From the NCBI GenBank assembly GCA_003450815.1, contig DMES01000037.1, positions 831 to 64,830 on the forward strand: a DNA stretch of 64,000 nt, given 5' to 3'. Position numbers and translations under genes: made by a program. Positions 8,837-18,387 of this stretch are shown one piece after another. The first letter of the stretch is position 1. Each line of letters opens with the position of its first letter. The stretch is from Elusimicrobiota bacterium. Lineage in GTDB: Bacteria; Elusimicrobiota; Elusimicrobia; Elusimicrobiales; UBA9959. The notes under the pieces were generated by a model. That model was not told where the DNA came from. It searched no databases and saw only the letters and a list, made by a program, of their open reading frames with translations.

Positions 8837-8873
8837 ATCCTGAAAAACGGCGTTGTTAGCCGTTTTTCAGGAT
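8837..8873. other. 15-bp perfect-stem hairpin (ATCCTGAAAAACGGC-gttgtta-GCCGTTTTTCAGGAT)
   Basis: Read directly. A second hairpin, ATAAGCGCGCG-ttg-CGCGCGCTTAT (8887-8911), overlaps the ZIP stop codon. There is a weak U-tract on the plus side only. Confidence 0.4.
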
Positions 8874-8906
8874 TTAGAATTTCTAATAAGCGCGCGTTGC
8901 GCGCGC

Positions 8907-9632
8907 TTATCTGCCTATCGCGGTTATAGCCATAACCGCGACATAACCTAACGCGTAAAAAGCAGGGATAAGACGGTCGTGCGTTTTATGCAGGCCCGGC
9001 AAGATGTCCGCCATGGCGATATAGAGGAAAGAGCCGCCGCTTATGCCTAGCAGAAGGGATTCGGTCCAAGGGGTTACGCTCAGGAAAAAGGGCTCCACTA
9101 TCAGCGCCCCAAGCGGCGTGGCGAGTGCCAGCAGCAGGCTTAAATACATGGCCCGTTTGACGGTGCGGCCGGAATGCAGCAGAAGCGATACCAAGGCTAT
9201 GCCGTCGGCGAGTTTGTGCAGAATAACGCCTAGCGAGATATTAAGGCCCGCGAGCGAACCCGTTTTAAAACCCACCGCGATGTTGAACCCGTCAAGCACC
9301 GAGTGCACTGTCATGGCAGCCAGCGCGAAGGCGCCAAGCGCGTGCTCATGCACTTCGCAATTTTCCATGTATTCGCCGGAGGAATTTATTACCGTGAAAT
9401 TTTCAAGCGCGAAAAGAGTGAGCAGCGCCGCCAGGCAGCCGTAGGCCGCGGCCCCGGGGTTCAGGCGCCATGCTTCGGGGAAAATGTCAAGGAAAGCCGC
9501 CGACAGCAGAACTCCCGCCGAAAAAGCCAGCGTGCGCGAAAGCAGGCGCTTGTTCACGGCGCCGAAGCGGGCGGTCAGTCCCGCTCCAAGCATTGTGAAG
9601 GCTACGGCGATAAGGCTGAAGAGATAGATCAT
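8907..9632 (-). CDS. ZIP-family divalent metal (zinc) transporter
   Basis: 241 aa, polytopic. Has a His-rich loop EVHEH and ZIP signature-like HSVLDGFNIAVGF and HKLADGIAL. Confidence 0.8.
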   Translation of the reverse strand: MIYLFSLIAVAFTMLGAGLTARFGAVNKRLLSRTLAFSAGVLLSAAFLDIFPEAWRLNPGAAAYGCLAALLTLFALENFTVINSSGEYMENCEVHEHALGAFALAAMTVHSVLDGFNIAVGFKTGSLAGLNISLGVILHKLADGIALVSLLLHSGRTVKRAMYLSLLLALATPLGALIVEPFFLSVTPWTESLLLGISGGSFLYIAMADILPGLHKTHDRLIPAFYALGYVAVMAITAIGR

Positions 9633-9703
9633 GCAAATTCCCCGGAGGGAATTTGACGCCTATACAGGTATTGAAGTATTGTTTGTCTCATCCTTACATA
9701 ACT

Positions 9704-9731
9704 TCCGAAAATTGTGGTTGCAATTTTCGGA
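9704..9731. repeat. palindromic hairpin TCCGAAAATTG-N6-CAATTTTCGGA (family P2, copy 1)
   Basis: Directly abuts the msbA stop. The same arms recur at 21998-22022. Confidence 0.8.
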
Positions 9732-11501
9732 CTAATTCTGCGCTTCGTAGAGCGCCTTGTAAACCCCGTTTTTAGCCAGCAGTTCTTCGTGATTGCCCGT
9801 TTCCGCCAGTTCACCCTGTCTTAACACGAAAATTTTATCCGCGTTCCTTACTGTGGACAAGCGGTGCGCCACCATTACCACTGTGCGGCCCTTTAAAATC
9901 CGCTCTATGGCCGCCTGCACCACCTGCTCGCTGGTTGTATCCAGGTTTGAAGTGGCCTCGTCCAAAAGCAGTATTTCCGGTTTTTTTATTATGGCTCGCG
10001 CTATGGCAAGGCGCTGGCGCTGGCCGCCTGAAAGCTTTACGCCGCGCTCGCCCAGGCGGGTGTCGTAACCCTGCGGCATGGCTTTTATGAAATTATGGAC
10101 ATCGGCCGCAGTGGCTGCCTCAATAACTTCATCCATTGTGGCGGCCGGCTTGCCTATGGTGATGTTTTTTAAAACTGTGTCGTCAAAGAGTATGGTGTCC
10201 TGCGTCACAAGGCCCATGTGGTCTTTAAGCTCTTTGGTGTCTATCTCGCGCAACTCCCGCCCGTCTATTAAAACCCGGCCTGTGACAGGGTCAAAAAACC
10301 TGAGCAGCAGGTGGATAATGGTGGTTTTTCCGGAGCCAGAAGGCCCCACAAAGGCGGCCACCTGCCCCGGCTCAATCTGGAAGCTGAGGTTTTTAAGCAC
10401 CTGTGTGTCGCGGGAGGGGTACTTGTAGCCCAGGCGGTCAAATTCTATGCGGCCCTGAACACATTCTAGCGGCTTCGGGTTGTTTACTATGGTTACTGTC
10501 GGTTTTTCTTCCAGGATCTGAAAGATGCGTTCCCAGGAAGCCAGGCCAAGCTGTAGTTTTGAGTTGAGGTTGGCTATGTTCTTAAGCGGCATGTAGGCGG
10601 TAAAGAAAGCCGCTATAAAGGAGAAGAAAGCGGCGGTAGTCATGGTGCCTTCAAAAATAGCGTGTCCCCCAAGGTAAATTACAACCATCATTATGATGCT
10701 GCCTATAAACTCCATAAGCGGGCCGGTAAGGGCGGCGGCGCGCAGGTAGCGCATGGTTTTTCCGAAGTAGTCGTCGTTTGAGCGGCGGAATTTGGCTATA
10801 GCCTCTTCTTCGTAGTTAAAGGCTTTTACCACTGTCATGCCCTGCAGGCTTTCCTGGAAGCGGTGGGAGATCTCGCCCACTATCACCTGGGATTCCATGC
10901 TGGATTTACGCATTTTTTTGCCCAGCACTTTCATCACTGTGGAGGCGACCGGTATGATTACAAGCGAGATAAGCGCGAAGCGCCAGTTTACATAGAAAAG
11001 GACGCCTATAAGCCCCATTACGGTAAGCGAGTCGCGTATGAGGTAAAGCGGCACAAACTGCACGGCGGACTGCACATTATTCAGGTCGTTTATAACCCGG
11101 CTCATCACATCGGAGGAGCGTTTGCGCCAGTAAAATTCTATGGACAGGCGGTGGATGTGGGTAAAAAGGTCGTCGCGTATCTGCTGGACCGCTTTCTGGC
11201 CTATCCAGCTCATCAGGTAGCCGTTTATGTATTCGGCCGCCATGCGCACTATGGCTAGTATGGGCAGGCCTATAAGCACCAGGCGCAGCATGTCCAGGTT
11301 CTTTTCTATGAACACGCCCTGTATTACCGGGCCCATCAGGTAAACCAGTCCGCCGCGCACGGTGGCAAGGGCTATCATGGAAAGCGCCGCGTGCGCAAAT
11401 TTTTTCTTGTAAGGTTTTATGTATTCAAAAAGAGTTCTGGTCAGATAAGAGGTCTGGTTTTTGGCGGTTTGCGCGTCAGATTTGGTTTTTGTGTCGGGCA
11501 T
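9732..11501 (-). CDS. msbA: ABC exporter, fused permease and ATPase; lipid A flippase MsbA-like
   Basis: 589 aa. Six-TM N-terminal half, Walker A GPSGSGKTT, signature LSGGQRQR, Walker B ILLLDEATS. It sits immediately downstream of lpxB. Confidence 0.7.
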   Translation of the reverse strand: MPDTKTKSDAQTAKNQTSYLTRTLFEYIKPYKKKFAHAALSMIALATVRGGLVYLMGPVIQGVFIEKNLDMLRLVLIGLPILAIVRMAAEYINGYLMSWIGQKAVQQIRDDLFTHIHRLSIEFYWRKRSSDVMSRVINDLNNVQSAVQFVPLYLIRDSLTVMGLIGVLFYVNWRFALISLVIIPVASTVMKVLGKKMRKSSMESQVIVGEISHRFQESLQGMTVVKAFNYEEEAIAKFRRSNDDYFGKTMRYLRAAALTGPLMEFIGSIIMMVVIYLGGHAIFEGTMTTAAFFSFIAAFFTAYMPLKNIANLNSKLQLGLASWERIFQILEEKPTVTIVNNPKPLECVQGRIEFDRLGYKYPSRDTQVLKNLSFQIEPGQVAAFVGPSGSGKTTIIHLLLRFFDPVTGRVLIDGRELREIDTKELKDHMGLVTQDTILFDDTVLKNITIGKPAATMDEVIEAATAADVHNFIKAMPQGYDTRLGERGVKLSGGQRQRLAIARAIIKKPEILLLDEATSNLDTTSEQVVQAAIERILKGRTVVMVAHRLSTVRNADKIFVLRQGELAETGNHEELLAKNGVYKALYEAQN

Positions 11502-11527
11502 ATCAAATATTTAAGCGTTATAACCAA

Positions 11528-11616
11528 GGTTCACGGTTTAGCGGTTCAAAGGTTGAAGGAGCATCAGGAAAAAATAACCGTGAACCCTGAACTGTGAACC
11601 CCTGAACCGTTGAACC
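11528..11616. repeat. imperfect inverted repeat built from GGTTCA / TGAACC words (family P4)
   Basis: The left arm GGTTCACGGTTTAGCGGTTCAAAGGTTGAAGG faces the right arm ACCGTGAACCCTGAACTGTGAACCCCTGAACCGTTGAACC. It fills the lpxB-msbA gap. Confidence 0.7.
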
Positions 11617-11624
11617 AGACAACC

Positions 11625-12773
11625 TTAATTCAAATATGAAAGTATTTTTTCCGCAGCGCGCGCCGCCGCTCCCGGCGAACCGAGCATTGCCCTTAAGGAG
11701 GAGAATTCCGCCCGCTGAGCCGTCATTTTAGGGGGATTGTTGAAGAGGGCGAAGGCTTCCCGGGTCAGGAATTCAACCGTGGCCTTTTCCTGGATAAGCT
11801 CTTTTACCGCCGGTTTGTTCAGCAGGATGTTTACAAGCGAGATGTACGGTATCTTTATTACCCTGCGCGCCACTTCGTATGTGAGACGGGGCACTTTGTA
11901 GGCCACCACCATAGGTATGCCCAGCAGGGCGTTTTCAAGCGTGGCCGTGCCCGAACAGGTGAAGGCGAAATCCAGTGCGGCGCGTTCTTTGTAGCCGTAT
12001 TCGCGCACTATCTCAATATCCTTCGACCAGTATTTTTCCGCCCGTTCAAGGAACGGCACCAGTTTTTCGTCCGGGAATTCCGGCACGGCAAACACTTTCG
12101 CTTTGGCGTTCGGGCAGCTTGCCTTTATTTTGTAGAATGCGTTCAGGAAAATGGGCAGATGCCGTGAAATTTCGGTCTTTCGTGAGCCGGGCAGTATGCC
12201 GATCTGCCAGGAATTATCCGCAGGCGGGAAAGTCTTTTCCACCGGCGGGGGCAACAGGTCTAAAAGCGGATGCCCCACGAAAGTGACATTGGCCCCGGCT
12301 TTTTTGTAGATGGTTTCTTCAAAAGGAAAGATGACAAAAAGCTCTTTTGTGAGCTTGGCAAGTTTGGCCGCCCTGCCCAGGCGGGAGGCCCACACCTGCG
12401 GGCTGATATAATAAAACGCGGGAATGTGCCGGTGGGCCGCAAGCCCCAGCATCTGGTGGTTGAAGCCGTAAAAATCGACGGCTATAACGCAGGCCGGGCG
12501 TTTTTCCTCAAGGTAGCGGCGCACCAGCTTCAGCAGTTTCAGCCAGAGGAAAAAATTCTTGAAGGGTTCGGAAAATCCCACGGCTCCCACCGAAACAAGG
12601 TTGTAAATAAAATGCGAGGACACCTCCTGCATGCGCATTCCGCCTATAGAGGTTATAGAAAGGTCGGGGTCTTTCTCTTTCAGCGCCCTTATCAGGTTCG
12701 CGGCGTGCAAATCTCCCGACGGGTCGCCGGCGACTATAAGAATATTTTTTGTTGTAGGAGCGATTTTAGACAT
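11625..12773 (-). CDS. lpxB: lipid-A-disaccharide synthase
   Basis: 382 aa. Has VAGDPSGDLHAANLIRALK, YYISPQVWASR, LPGSRKTEI and TCSGTATLE.. PMVVAYK, collinear with E. coli LpxB. Confidence 0.9.
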   Translation of the reverse strand: MSKIAPTTKNILIVAGDPSGDLHAANLIRALKEKDPDLSITSIGGMRMQEVSSHFIYNLVSVGAVGFSEPFKNFFLWLKLLKLVRRYLEEKRPACVIAVDFYGFNHQMLGLAAHRHIPAFYYISPQVWASRLGRAAKLAKLTKELFVIFPFEETIYKKAGANVTFVGHPLLDLLPPPVEKTFPPADNSWQIGILPGSRKTEISRHLPIFLNAFYKIKASCPNAKAKVFAVPEFPDEKLVPFLERAEKYWSKDIEIVREYGYKERAALDFAFTCSGTATLENALLGIPMVVAYKVPRLTYEVARRVIKIPYISLVNILLNKPAVKELIQEKATVEFLTREAFALFNNPPKMTAQRAEFSSLRAMLGSPGAAARAAEKILSYLN

Positions 12774-12786
12774 AATTACCGGGGAA

Positions 12787-12960
12787 GATTACACAGATTA
12801 GGCTACGATTACACAGATTGCAATGAAAACCGCTTAATTTGATAATGTGTATCTCCAAAAGTCAACAAACAAACCCATCTTTAGATTATCAGCTTGAGAT
12901 ATCAGGTTGTTGCTTCAAGTCATATAATCTGTGTAATCGTCGTACTAAATCTGTGTAATC
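12787..12960. repeat. GATTACA hairpin element, copy A, with decayed GxxExxY remnant inside
   Basis: GATTACACAGATT at 12787-12799 and 12807-12819. The inverse AATCTGTGTAATC at 12926-12938 and 12948-12960. The interior keeps a recognisable 3' end of the GxxExxY ORF (AATGAAAACCGCTTAATTTGA..) and a short inverted piece of its 5' end (AGGTTGTTGCTTCAAG). Confidence 0.85.
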
Positions 12961-12963
12961 ATA

Positions 12964-14034
12964 TTACGACTTATCTATCCCCGCGTTTTTCAGGCCTTCT
13001 TCAACCACCACGCCTGCGGCATGGCCGATATCGGAAATGGAGCGGGCCAGCGACTGGCCGGGCTCATCCGTTTGTAAGCCGGAAACTTCAAAGCGCCGCA
13101 TAACCTCGGTTATGCTAAGCGCCAGGCGCATGGCTTTAAGACCTTTTTCGCCGCTTGGCGCCGGGGTTTTAGAGGTCTTAATGCAGTCAATAAAGTGATA
13201 AAGCTCTTCTTTTATGGGCTCTTTTTTCTCTAGTTTCGGGAACAGTATCTCTATGTCCTTCATGGATTTTACCGCCGGGGTTTTCTTGTGATAAATTTTA
13301 AGGCGGGCGCTCACATAATCCACCGATAGATAGGCGTCCTGCTGGTAAATGCGCATGCGGCGGGAATTCTCCATGCTGACGCGGCTGGCGGTGATATCGG
13401 CCACGCAGCCGTTTTTGAATTTAATGCGCACATTTGAGATGTCTTCGTGATTGGATAGTATGCTCGCGCCGATAGCCTCAAAAGTCGCCACTTCGGAATC
13501 TATCATAGTAAGGATGATGTCCAGGTCATGTATCATCAGGTCCAGCGTTACGCCGGTGGCCGCCACGCGCGGGTCGTATGGTCCAAGGCGCTCTATGGTG
13601 ACATAGCGCGGGTTTTTTACATGCTTAAGCGTTTCAACCACGGCTGGATTAAAGCGCTCGGAATGTCCCACCTGGAGCACCACATTGTTTTTTTCTGAGA
13701 GGGCCAGCAGGTTGCGAGCGCCTTCTTCCGAGTTGGCCAGCGGCTTTTCAATCAGCACATGCAGGCCGGCTTCCAAAGCTTTTATGCCTATTTCAGCATG
13801 GAATTCAGTGGGGGCGGCCAAAACCAGTGCGTCCACCTGGCCGAACATGTCAAGATAATCCTTATAGGCCACGCAGTTGTAGCGCCATGCCAGTGTCTGC
13901 GCACGCATGAGGTTGGGGTCGGAAACCCCTATCAGCTCAACTTCCGGCATTTTGGAGAGGGTGCGAGTATGGAAGCCGCCGAGTTTGCCGGCGCCGATCA
14001 CGCCGAAACGCATTTTCTTTTCTTTTTCAGCCAT
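12964..14034 (-). CDS. Gfo/Idh/MocA-family NAD(P)-dependent oxidoreductase
   Basis: 356 aa. N-terminal Rossmann motif MRFGVIGAGKLGG and an EKPLA motif. It sits inside the lipid A gene block. Confidence 0.8.
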   Translation of the reverse strand: MAEKEKKMRFGVIGAGKLGGFHTRTLSKMPEVELIGVSDPNLMRAQTLAWRYNCVAYKDYLDMFGQVDALVLAAPTEFHAEIGIKALEAGLHVLIEKPLANSEEGARNLLALSEKNNVVLQVGHSERFNPAVVETLKHVKNPRYVTIERLGPYDPRVAATGVTLDLMIHDLDIILTMIDSEVATFEAIGASILSNHEDISNVRIKFKNGCVADITASRVSMENSRRMRIYQQDAYLSVDYVSARLKIYHKKTPAVKSMKDIEILFPKLEKKEPIKEELYHFIDCIKTSKTPAPSGEKGLKAMRLALSITEVMRRFEVSGLQTDEPGQSLARSISDIGHAAGVVVEEGLKNAGIDKS

Positions 14035-14271
14035 ATAGTGTCCTCTAAATCAGATAATAAACCACTGCCGGCCCGAGGCCGGTCTTGTATTATCATTCTA
14101 CTAAATGTGCGGGCGATATGTGAGGGGGGAGCTGTGTAAAGCGGCACGATAGCTTAGAGCCCAATGGTGTCAGGCTTTTTGTCTCCAAAAGATACCATGA
14201 CACCAGGTCCTACGCTTTAATTATGTAAAATACCAATATGCCGCGCAATCTGTACTTTTGCAAGAGGATAT

Positions 14272-15483
14272 ATGAATAACAATAACCTGCCGGATGGAAT
14301 GGAAAAAGAAGAAAATTTTGCCGAGATGTTTGAGAATAACTCTATGGAAACGGACCGGTTGGAGCCGGGACAGAAGATCGAGGCCCCTATAGTAAAAATA
14401 ACCGCCGAATGGGCGCTCCTTCAGGTGGGGGGCAAGGGCGAGGGTTACCTGGACAGGAAAGAATTGCAGGATGAAAACGGCAGCCTGACCGTAAAAGAGG
14501 GCGACAAAATCCGCGCTTACTTCATGTTTTCAGAGGACGGCGAAATGCGCTTCACCACAAAAATAGGGTCGGGTCCGGCTGCCTATGTGCAGCTTGAAGA
14601 CGCCTGGAAGAACGGCATTCCCGTGGAAGGAACGGTATCAAAAGAAATGAAAGGCGGCTTTGAAATTACCATCAGCGGCGGAGCGCGCGCTTTCTGCCCC
14701 TTCTCGCAGATGGGCCTGCGGCGTGAGGAGAACAAGGAAAGTTACCTGAGCAGGGTTATGATATTTGAGATCATAGAGTGCGGCGAGCGCAACATTGTGC
14801 TTTCCCGCAAAGGCATACTGGGGCGTGAGAGACAGGCAAAAACGGCGGTTCTTAAAGAAACCCTGAAAGAGGGTGTTAGAATAAAAGGCATTGTGACTTC
14901 CATACAAAAATTCGGCGCTTTTATTGATATAGGCGGCGTGGAAGGCCTGCTGCCGGTTTCAGAGATAGCTTGGAACCGGACGGAAAACGTGAGCGACATC
15001 CTTTCAGTCGGCCAGAAGGTGGAAGTTATAATTAAAAGCCTGGACTGGGCGAATGAGAAAATGTCCTTCAGTCTCAAAGACACACTGCCCGACCCCTGGG
15101 ATCTGGCTGTGCAGAACTGGCCACCGGGTTCATATCACACGGGCACCGTTTCACGGCTTGCCCCTTTCGGCGCTTTTGTCACCCTGGGGGAAGGCGTGGA
15201 CGGACTTATACATATCTCCCGCCTGGGCGGAGAGCGGCGGATACAGCACCCGGATGAAGTATTGAAGGCGGGGGAGTCCATTGAGGTGTGCGTGGAATCG
15301 GTGGACAGGGAAAACAAGAAAATTTCGCTGGTTCCCGCCGATGTCCGCCGCGAAGAGGCGGAAACAGCGGCCACTTTGAAACAATATCAGCAACAGGATC
15401 TCTCGGAGCAGCCGATAATGAGTTCTTTCGGGGATTTGATTGAGCAGCAGTTGCAAAAAAAAGCGAAGACGCCAAGGCAGTAA
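14272..15483 (+). CDS. S1 RNA-binding domain protein (four S1 repeats; ribosomal protein S1-like)
   Basis: 403 aa. Has repeated G.V..(I/V)..FGAF(V/I) S1 signatures. AGAGGA is upstream of the ATG. Confidence 0.75.
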   Translation: MNNNNLPDGMEKEENFAEMFENNSMETDRLEPGQKIEAPIVKITAEWALLQVGGKGEGYLDRKELQDENGSLTVKEGDKIRAYFMFSEDGEMRFTTKIGSGPAAYVQLEDAWKNGIPVEGTVSKEMKGGFEITISGGARAFCPFSQMGLRREENKESYLSRVMIFEIIECGERNIVLSRKGILGRERQAKTAVLKETLKEGVRIKGIVTSIQKFGAFIDIGGVEGLLPVSEIAWNRTENVSDILSVGQKVEVIIKSLDWANEKMSFSLKDTLPDPWDLAVQNWPPGSYHTGTVSRLAPFGAFVTLGEGVDGLIHISRLGGERRIQHPDEVLKAGESIEVCVESVDRENKKISLVPADVRREEAETAATLKQYQQQDLSEQPIMSSFGDLIEQQLQKKAKTPRQ

Positions 15484-15529
15484 AAAAGCTAGAGTTGTAA
15501 AGGAACTCCTTAATACTATCCCCTCTACC

Positions 15530-16180
15530 CTATCCCCTAACCCCTGCACTTAATAGTTCTTCGGCTTCGGCGGTCAGCGCGTTCAGGATATTTTCAAGCT
15601 CAACAGCTTTGGCCGCCACGTCGTCGGTTTCCGTTATGATAAACGGAGCGCCGTAAACAGCCTGGATGCGGCCGAAGGGGAGAGGGAACTGATAGCGGTC
15701 CCAGCTGGGCAGGATCTTTTTTCTTGAAAGGGCGCACGCGGCCGGTATTATAGGCACTCCGGCTTTCCGGGCCAGGTATACCGCGCCTGGCTGCACCTTA
15801 AAAACGGGCCCGCGCGGGCCGTCGGGCGTGATGGCTATTGAGCTGCCGCCGCGCGCGGCTTTTATCAGGCCGCGCAGCGAAATGAAGCCGCCCGAAGTGG
15901 TGGAGCCGCGCACAAAAGTAAATCCAAAGAGCTTTAATATGCGGGCCATATATTCGCCGTCTTTGCTCTTGCTGATCAGGCCGCAGGTGCCGCGGTTCCT
16001 GTGCAGATAGATCATCAATACTTCCTGGCGGTGCCAGAGGGCGTAAATTACCGCGCCGGGATGGTCTTTTACGCCTTTAATTGAAATTTTAGAGGTAAGG
16101 GCTGTCAGTTGTATGTAAAACCAGGCAAGCCATGAAAGCAGGGTGTGGGCGGGGGAGTGTTTGTAAAAAAGTTCGTTCAT
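15530..16180 (-). CDS. DUF374 / lysophospholipid acyltransferase-like protein
   Basis: 216 aa. ALWHRQ.., ITPDGPRGP and GAVYLARKAGVPIIP are typical of the DUF374 family often linked to LPS core genes. Confidence 0.7.
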   Translation of the reverse strand: MNELFYKHSPAHTLLSWLAWFYIQLTALTSKISIKGVKDHPGAVIYALWHRQEVLMIYLHRNRGTCGLISKSKDGEYMARILKLFGFTFVRGSTTSGGFISLRGLIKAARGGSSIAITPDGPRGPVFKVQPGAVYLARKAGVPIIPAACALSRKKILPSWDRYQFPLPFGRIQAVYGAPFIITETDDVAAKAVELENILNALTAEAEELLSAGVRG

Positions 16181-16190
16181 TATTGAAGAA

Positions 16191-16681
16191 GATTACACAG
16201 ATTACTGAAGAAGATTACACGGATTAAACTACGATTAAACAGATTTCGAAAAGTTCCTGTGATAGCAGGAACGGATTATAATGAAAACCGTTTAATTTGA
16301 CAGCTTTTGTTCCCGAAATTAACAAGCAACCCTATCTTTAAATCAGCGGCTTTAAGATACGAAATAATTTGGTGTTTAAAAACCTCTGGGATAAACCCCG
16401 TAACAGCCTTAAGTTCAACAATAATCTCCCCTTCAACTACAAGGTCCAATAAAAAATTCCCCGCTTTTTGACCGCCAAAATTCACGCTAAAACTTTTTTC
16501 ATTCTGATATTTGAGCCCATTATCTTCAAGCGCAATCTGAAGAGCTTTATGATATATCTTTTCGGTAAAACCGGGTCCGAGCGCCGCATGAACCTTGAAG
16601 CAACAACCTATAATCCTACCTGTCAGATCATTGTTAGGAGCCATACAATCTGTGTAATCGTCGTGCTAAATCTGTGTAATC
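16191..16681. mobile_element. GATTACA hairpin element, copy B, carrying an intact GxxExxY gene
   Basis: GATTACACAGATT at 16191-16203, GATTACACGGATT at 16213-16225, and a degenerate GATTAAACAGATT at 16233-16245. The inverse AATCTGTGTAATC at 16647-16659 and 16669-16681. A 7-bp hairpin GTTCCTG-tgatag-CAGGAAC (16253-16272) follows the ORF stop. Confidence 0.7.
16276..16644 (-). CDS. GxxExxY protein (PD-(D/E)XK nuclease-fold family)
   Basis: 122 aa. Has GPGFTEKIYHKAL, LDLVVEGEIIVELKA and the family pattern throughout. Its length is typical. Confidence 0.85.
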   Translation of the reverse strand: MAPNNDLTGRIIGCCFKVHAALGPGFTEKIYHKALQIALEDNGLKYQNEKSFSVNFGGQKAGNFLLDLVVEGEIIVELKAVTGFIPEVFKHQIISYLKAADLKIGLLVNFGNKSCQIKRFSL

Positions 16682-17540
16682 AATCTGCCTCAAAAGACTG
16701 TTCGCTTGCGGCGCCGAAAACGGTTATACCTGTCTCTTTGGCGGCGGCCAGAAAGTCTTCCATGCCGAGTATCAGTGTTTTTCCGGCTTCAAGCACCAGA
16801 GTGTCCGCGCCGGCGGCTTTCATGTTATGCAGCGTGGGCGCGCCGGCAACCGGCAGGTCGAAGCGCATATCCTGGTCCGGGCGGGCCACTTTCACCACCA
16901 TCATGGCCTGGCCTTTGTGCCCCTGATTACGCAGACGGAGAAGAATTTCCCCCGCCCGTTTTATGCAGGCGTCCGTGCCTTCCTGGGCTTCTGCCGCCAC
17001 CACAATGTGGTCGCGCAGAACCACGGTGAGGCCTATATCCAGGGCGGCAAGGGTCTTTGCGGCTTTCCAGCCGAACGCGGCGCATTTAAGGCTGTCTGCG
17101 GAAAGTTTTTTGCCGGCCAGCAGGCCAGGTTTCATAAGCAGGTGTTCGAGCATTGTGGCGGAGTTTACAAGCTGTATGCCGTCGGAGGCCAGCTCTTCCG
17201 CTATTGCGCCAAGGATGGCGTTGGCTTTCTTATCTTTGAGTTTGAAAAGCAGCTTGGCGGCGCGCACATCGGGCAGGAGGCCTCCGAAAATAGACAGATG
17301 CGGGACCGAGCCCGCCATAAGAATTTTTTTTACGCCGTGGTTTTTCAGGAATTCAATGGGTCCGCTTACCTGGCCCAGCCGGAAATAGGCGGTTTCCTCA
17401 GCATAATTTTCTATCTCTTTCGGTGTAATGCCCTTAAGGCCGATGACAAATAACTTGCGCCCGGCTTTTTTAGCCTCGGCAGCGAACAGCAGGGGAAAAG
17501 AGCCTCCGCCGGATATCAGTCCTATTTTGTCGTCAGTCAT
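16680..17540 (-). CDS. lpxI: UDP-2,3-diacylglucosamine diphosphatase LpxI (DUF1009)
   Basis: 286 aa. Has IGLISGGGSFP.. and ..EAQEGTDACIKRAG. It lies between lpxA and lpxB as in LpxI-type clusters. No LpxH is present in the window. Confidence 0.8.
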   Translation of the reverse strand: MTDDKIGLISGGGSFPLLFAAEAKKAGRKLFVIGLKGITPKEIENYAEETAYFRLGQVSGPIEFLKNHGVKKILMAGSVPHLSIFGGLLPDVRAAKLLFKLKDKKANAILGAIAEELASDGIQLVNSATMLEHLLMKPGLLAGKKLSADSLKCAAFGWKAAKTLAALDIGLTVVLRDHIVVAAEAQEGTDACIKRAGEILLRLRNQGHKGQAMMVVKVARPDQDMRFDLPVAGAPTLHNMKAAGADTLVLEAGKTLILGMEDFLAAAKETGITVFGAASEQSFEAD

Positions 17541-18360
17541 TTGAGGTTTCGGTCAGTTCTTTTAAATTCCGGCGCGGCCGCGCTATGCCGCGTTTCGAAC
17601 CTTCGCAGAAATCAAGTATAAGCGCGGCTTCAGGCGGAAGTTTTTCTCCGCGCAGCCGGGCTAAGGCGTCTTTGAGCGGCAGGCCTTCAAAAAACAGCGT
17701 TTTAAAAACATGCTTTATAATTTTTATGTTTTCGCGGGAGATGCCGTTGCGCCTCATTCCGACAAGATTCAAGCCCACGGGTTTGGCCCGGTCGCCCTGG
17801 GCGATAACGTAGGGGATTATGTCCTGGTTGGCCATGGCTCCGCCGGAGAGCATGGCGAAATTGCCTATGCGGGTGAACTGATGTATGCCTACAAGTCCCG
17901 AGAGCAGGGCGCGGTCGCCTATATGCACATGCCCGGCGGCTGCGGCGGAATTCACCATTATTATGTTGTTTCCCAGTCGGCAGTCGTGGCCTATGTGGGA
18001 ATTTGCCATTAGCATGCAGCCCGATCCCATAGAGGTGAGATTTGTGGCATGCGAGCCGCGGTGCAGTGAAACACCCTCACGGATTATATTTGAGTCGCCC
18101 ATGGTGAAGCGGGTGTGCTCGCCGTGGTAAGAGTAGTCCTGAGGGGGCATTCCTATGTAGGCCGCGCCGGTAAACTGGTTGTTTTTGCCGATGGTGGAAA
18201 ATTCTATTATGCAGTGCGGGCCCACATAGGTGCCGGAGCCTATCTGGGTGTCTTCGCCAATTACGGTAAAGGGCCCTATTTCCACATTGTTGTCTATCAG
18301 AGCTTTGGGGTGTATAACCGCTGTGGTGTGTATTTTGGTAGCCATGCCATCCTCATTCAA
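17533..18360 (-). CDS. lpxA: acyl-ACP--UDP-N-acetylglucosamine O-acyltransferase
   Basis: 275 aa. Has left-handed beta-helix hexapeptide repeats and a C-terminal helical domain (..GLNLVGMRRNG..). The start may be the Met at 18345. Confidence 0.9.
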   Translation of the reverse strand: MNEDGMATKIHTTAVIHPKALIDNNVEIGPFTVIGEDTQIGSGTYVGPHCIIEFSTIGKNNQFTGAAYIGMPPQDYSYHGEHTRFTMGDSNIIREGVSLHRGSHATNLTSMGSGCMLMANSHIGHDCRLGNNIIMVNSAAAAGHVHIGDRALLSGLVGIHQFTRIGNFAMLSGGAMANQDIIPYVIAQGDRAKPVGLNLVGMRRNGISRENIKIIKHVFKTLFFEGLPLKDALARLRGEKLPPEAALILDFCEGSKRGIARPRRNLKELTETSND

Positions 18361-18387
18361 AATTCAAGATTTCGGATTCAAGATTCT

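Noticed and set aside
8324-8929. ORFs 8324..8593 (-) and 8732..8929 (+)
   Set aside because: Neither has an RBS and both have odd composition. They span hairpins and a palindromic dyad. The region is treated as non-coding.
14272-15483. Calling the S1-domain protein rpsA
   Set aside because: It has only four S1 repeats and 403 aa, with an atypical N-terminus. It could be a short RpsA or another S1-domain protein, so no symbol is given.
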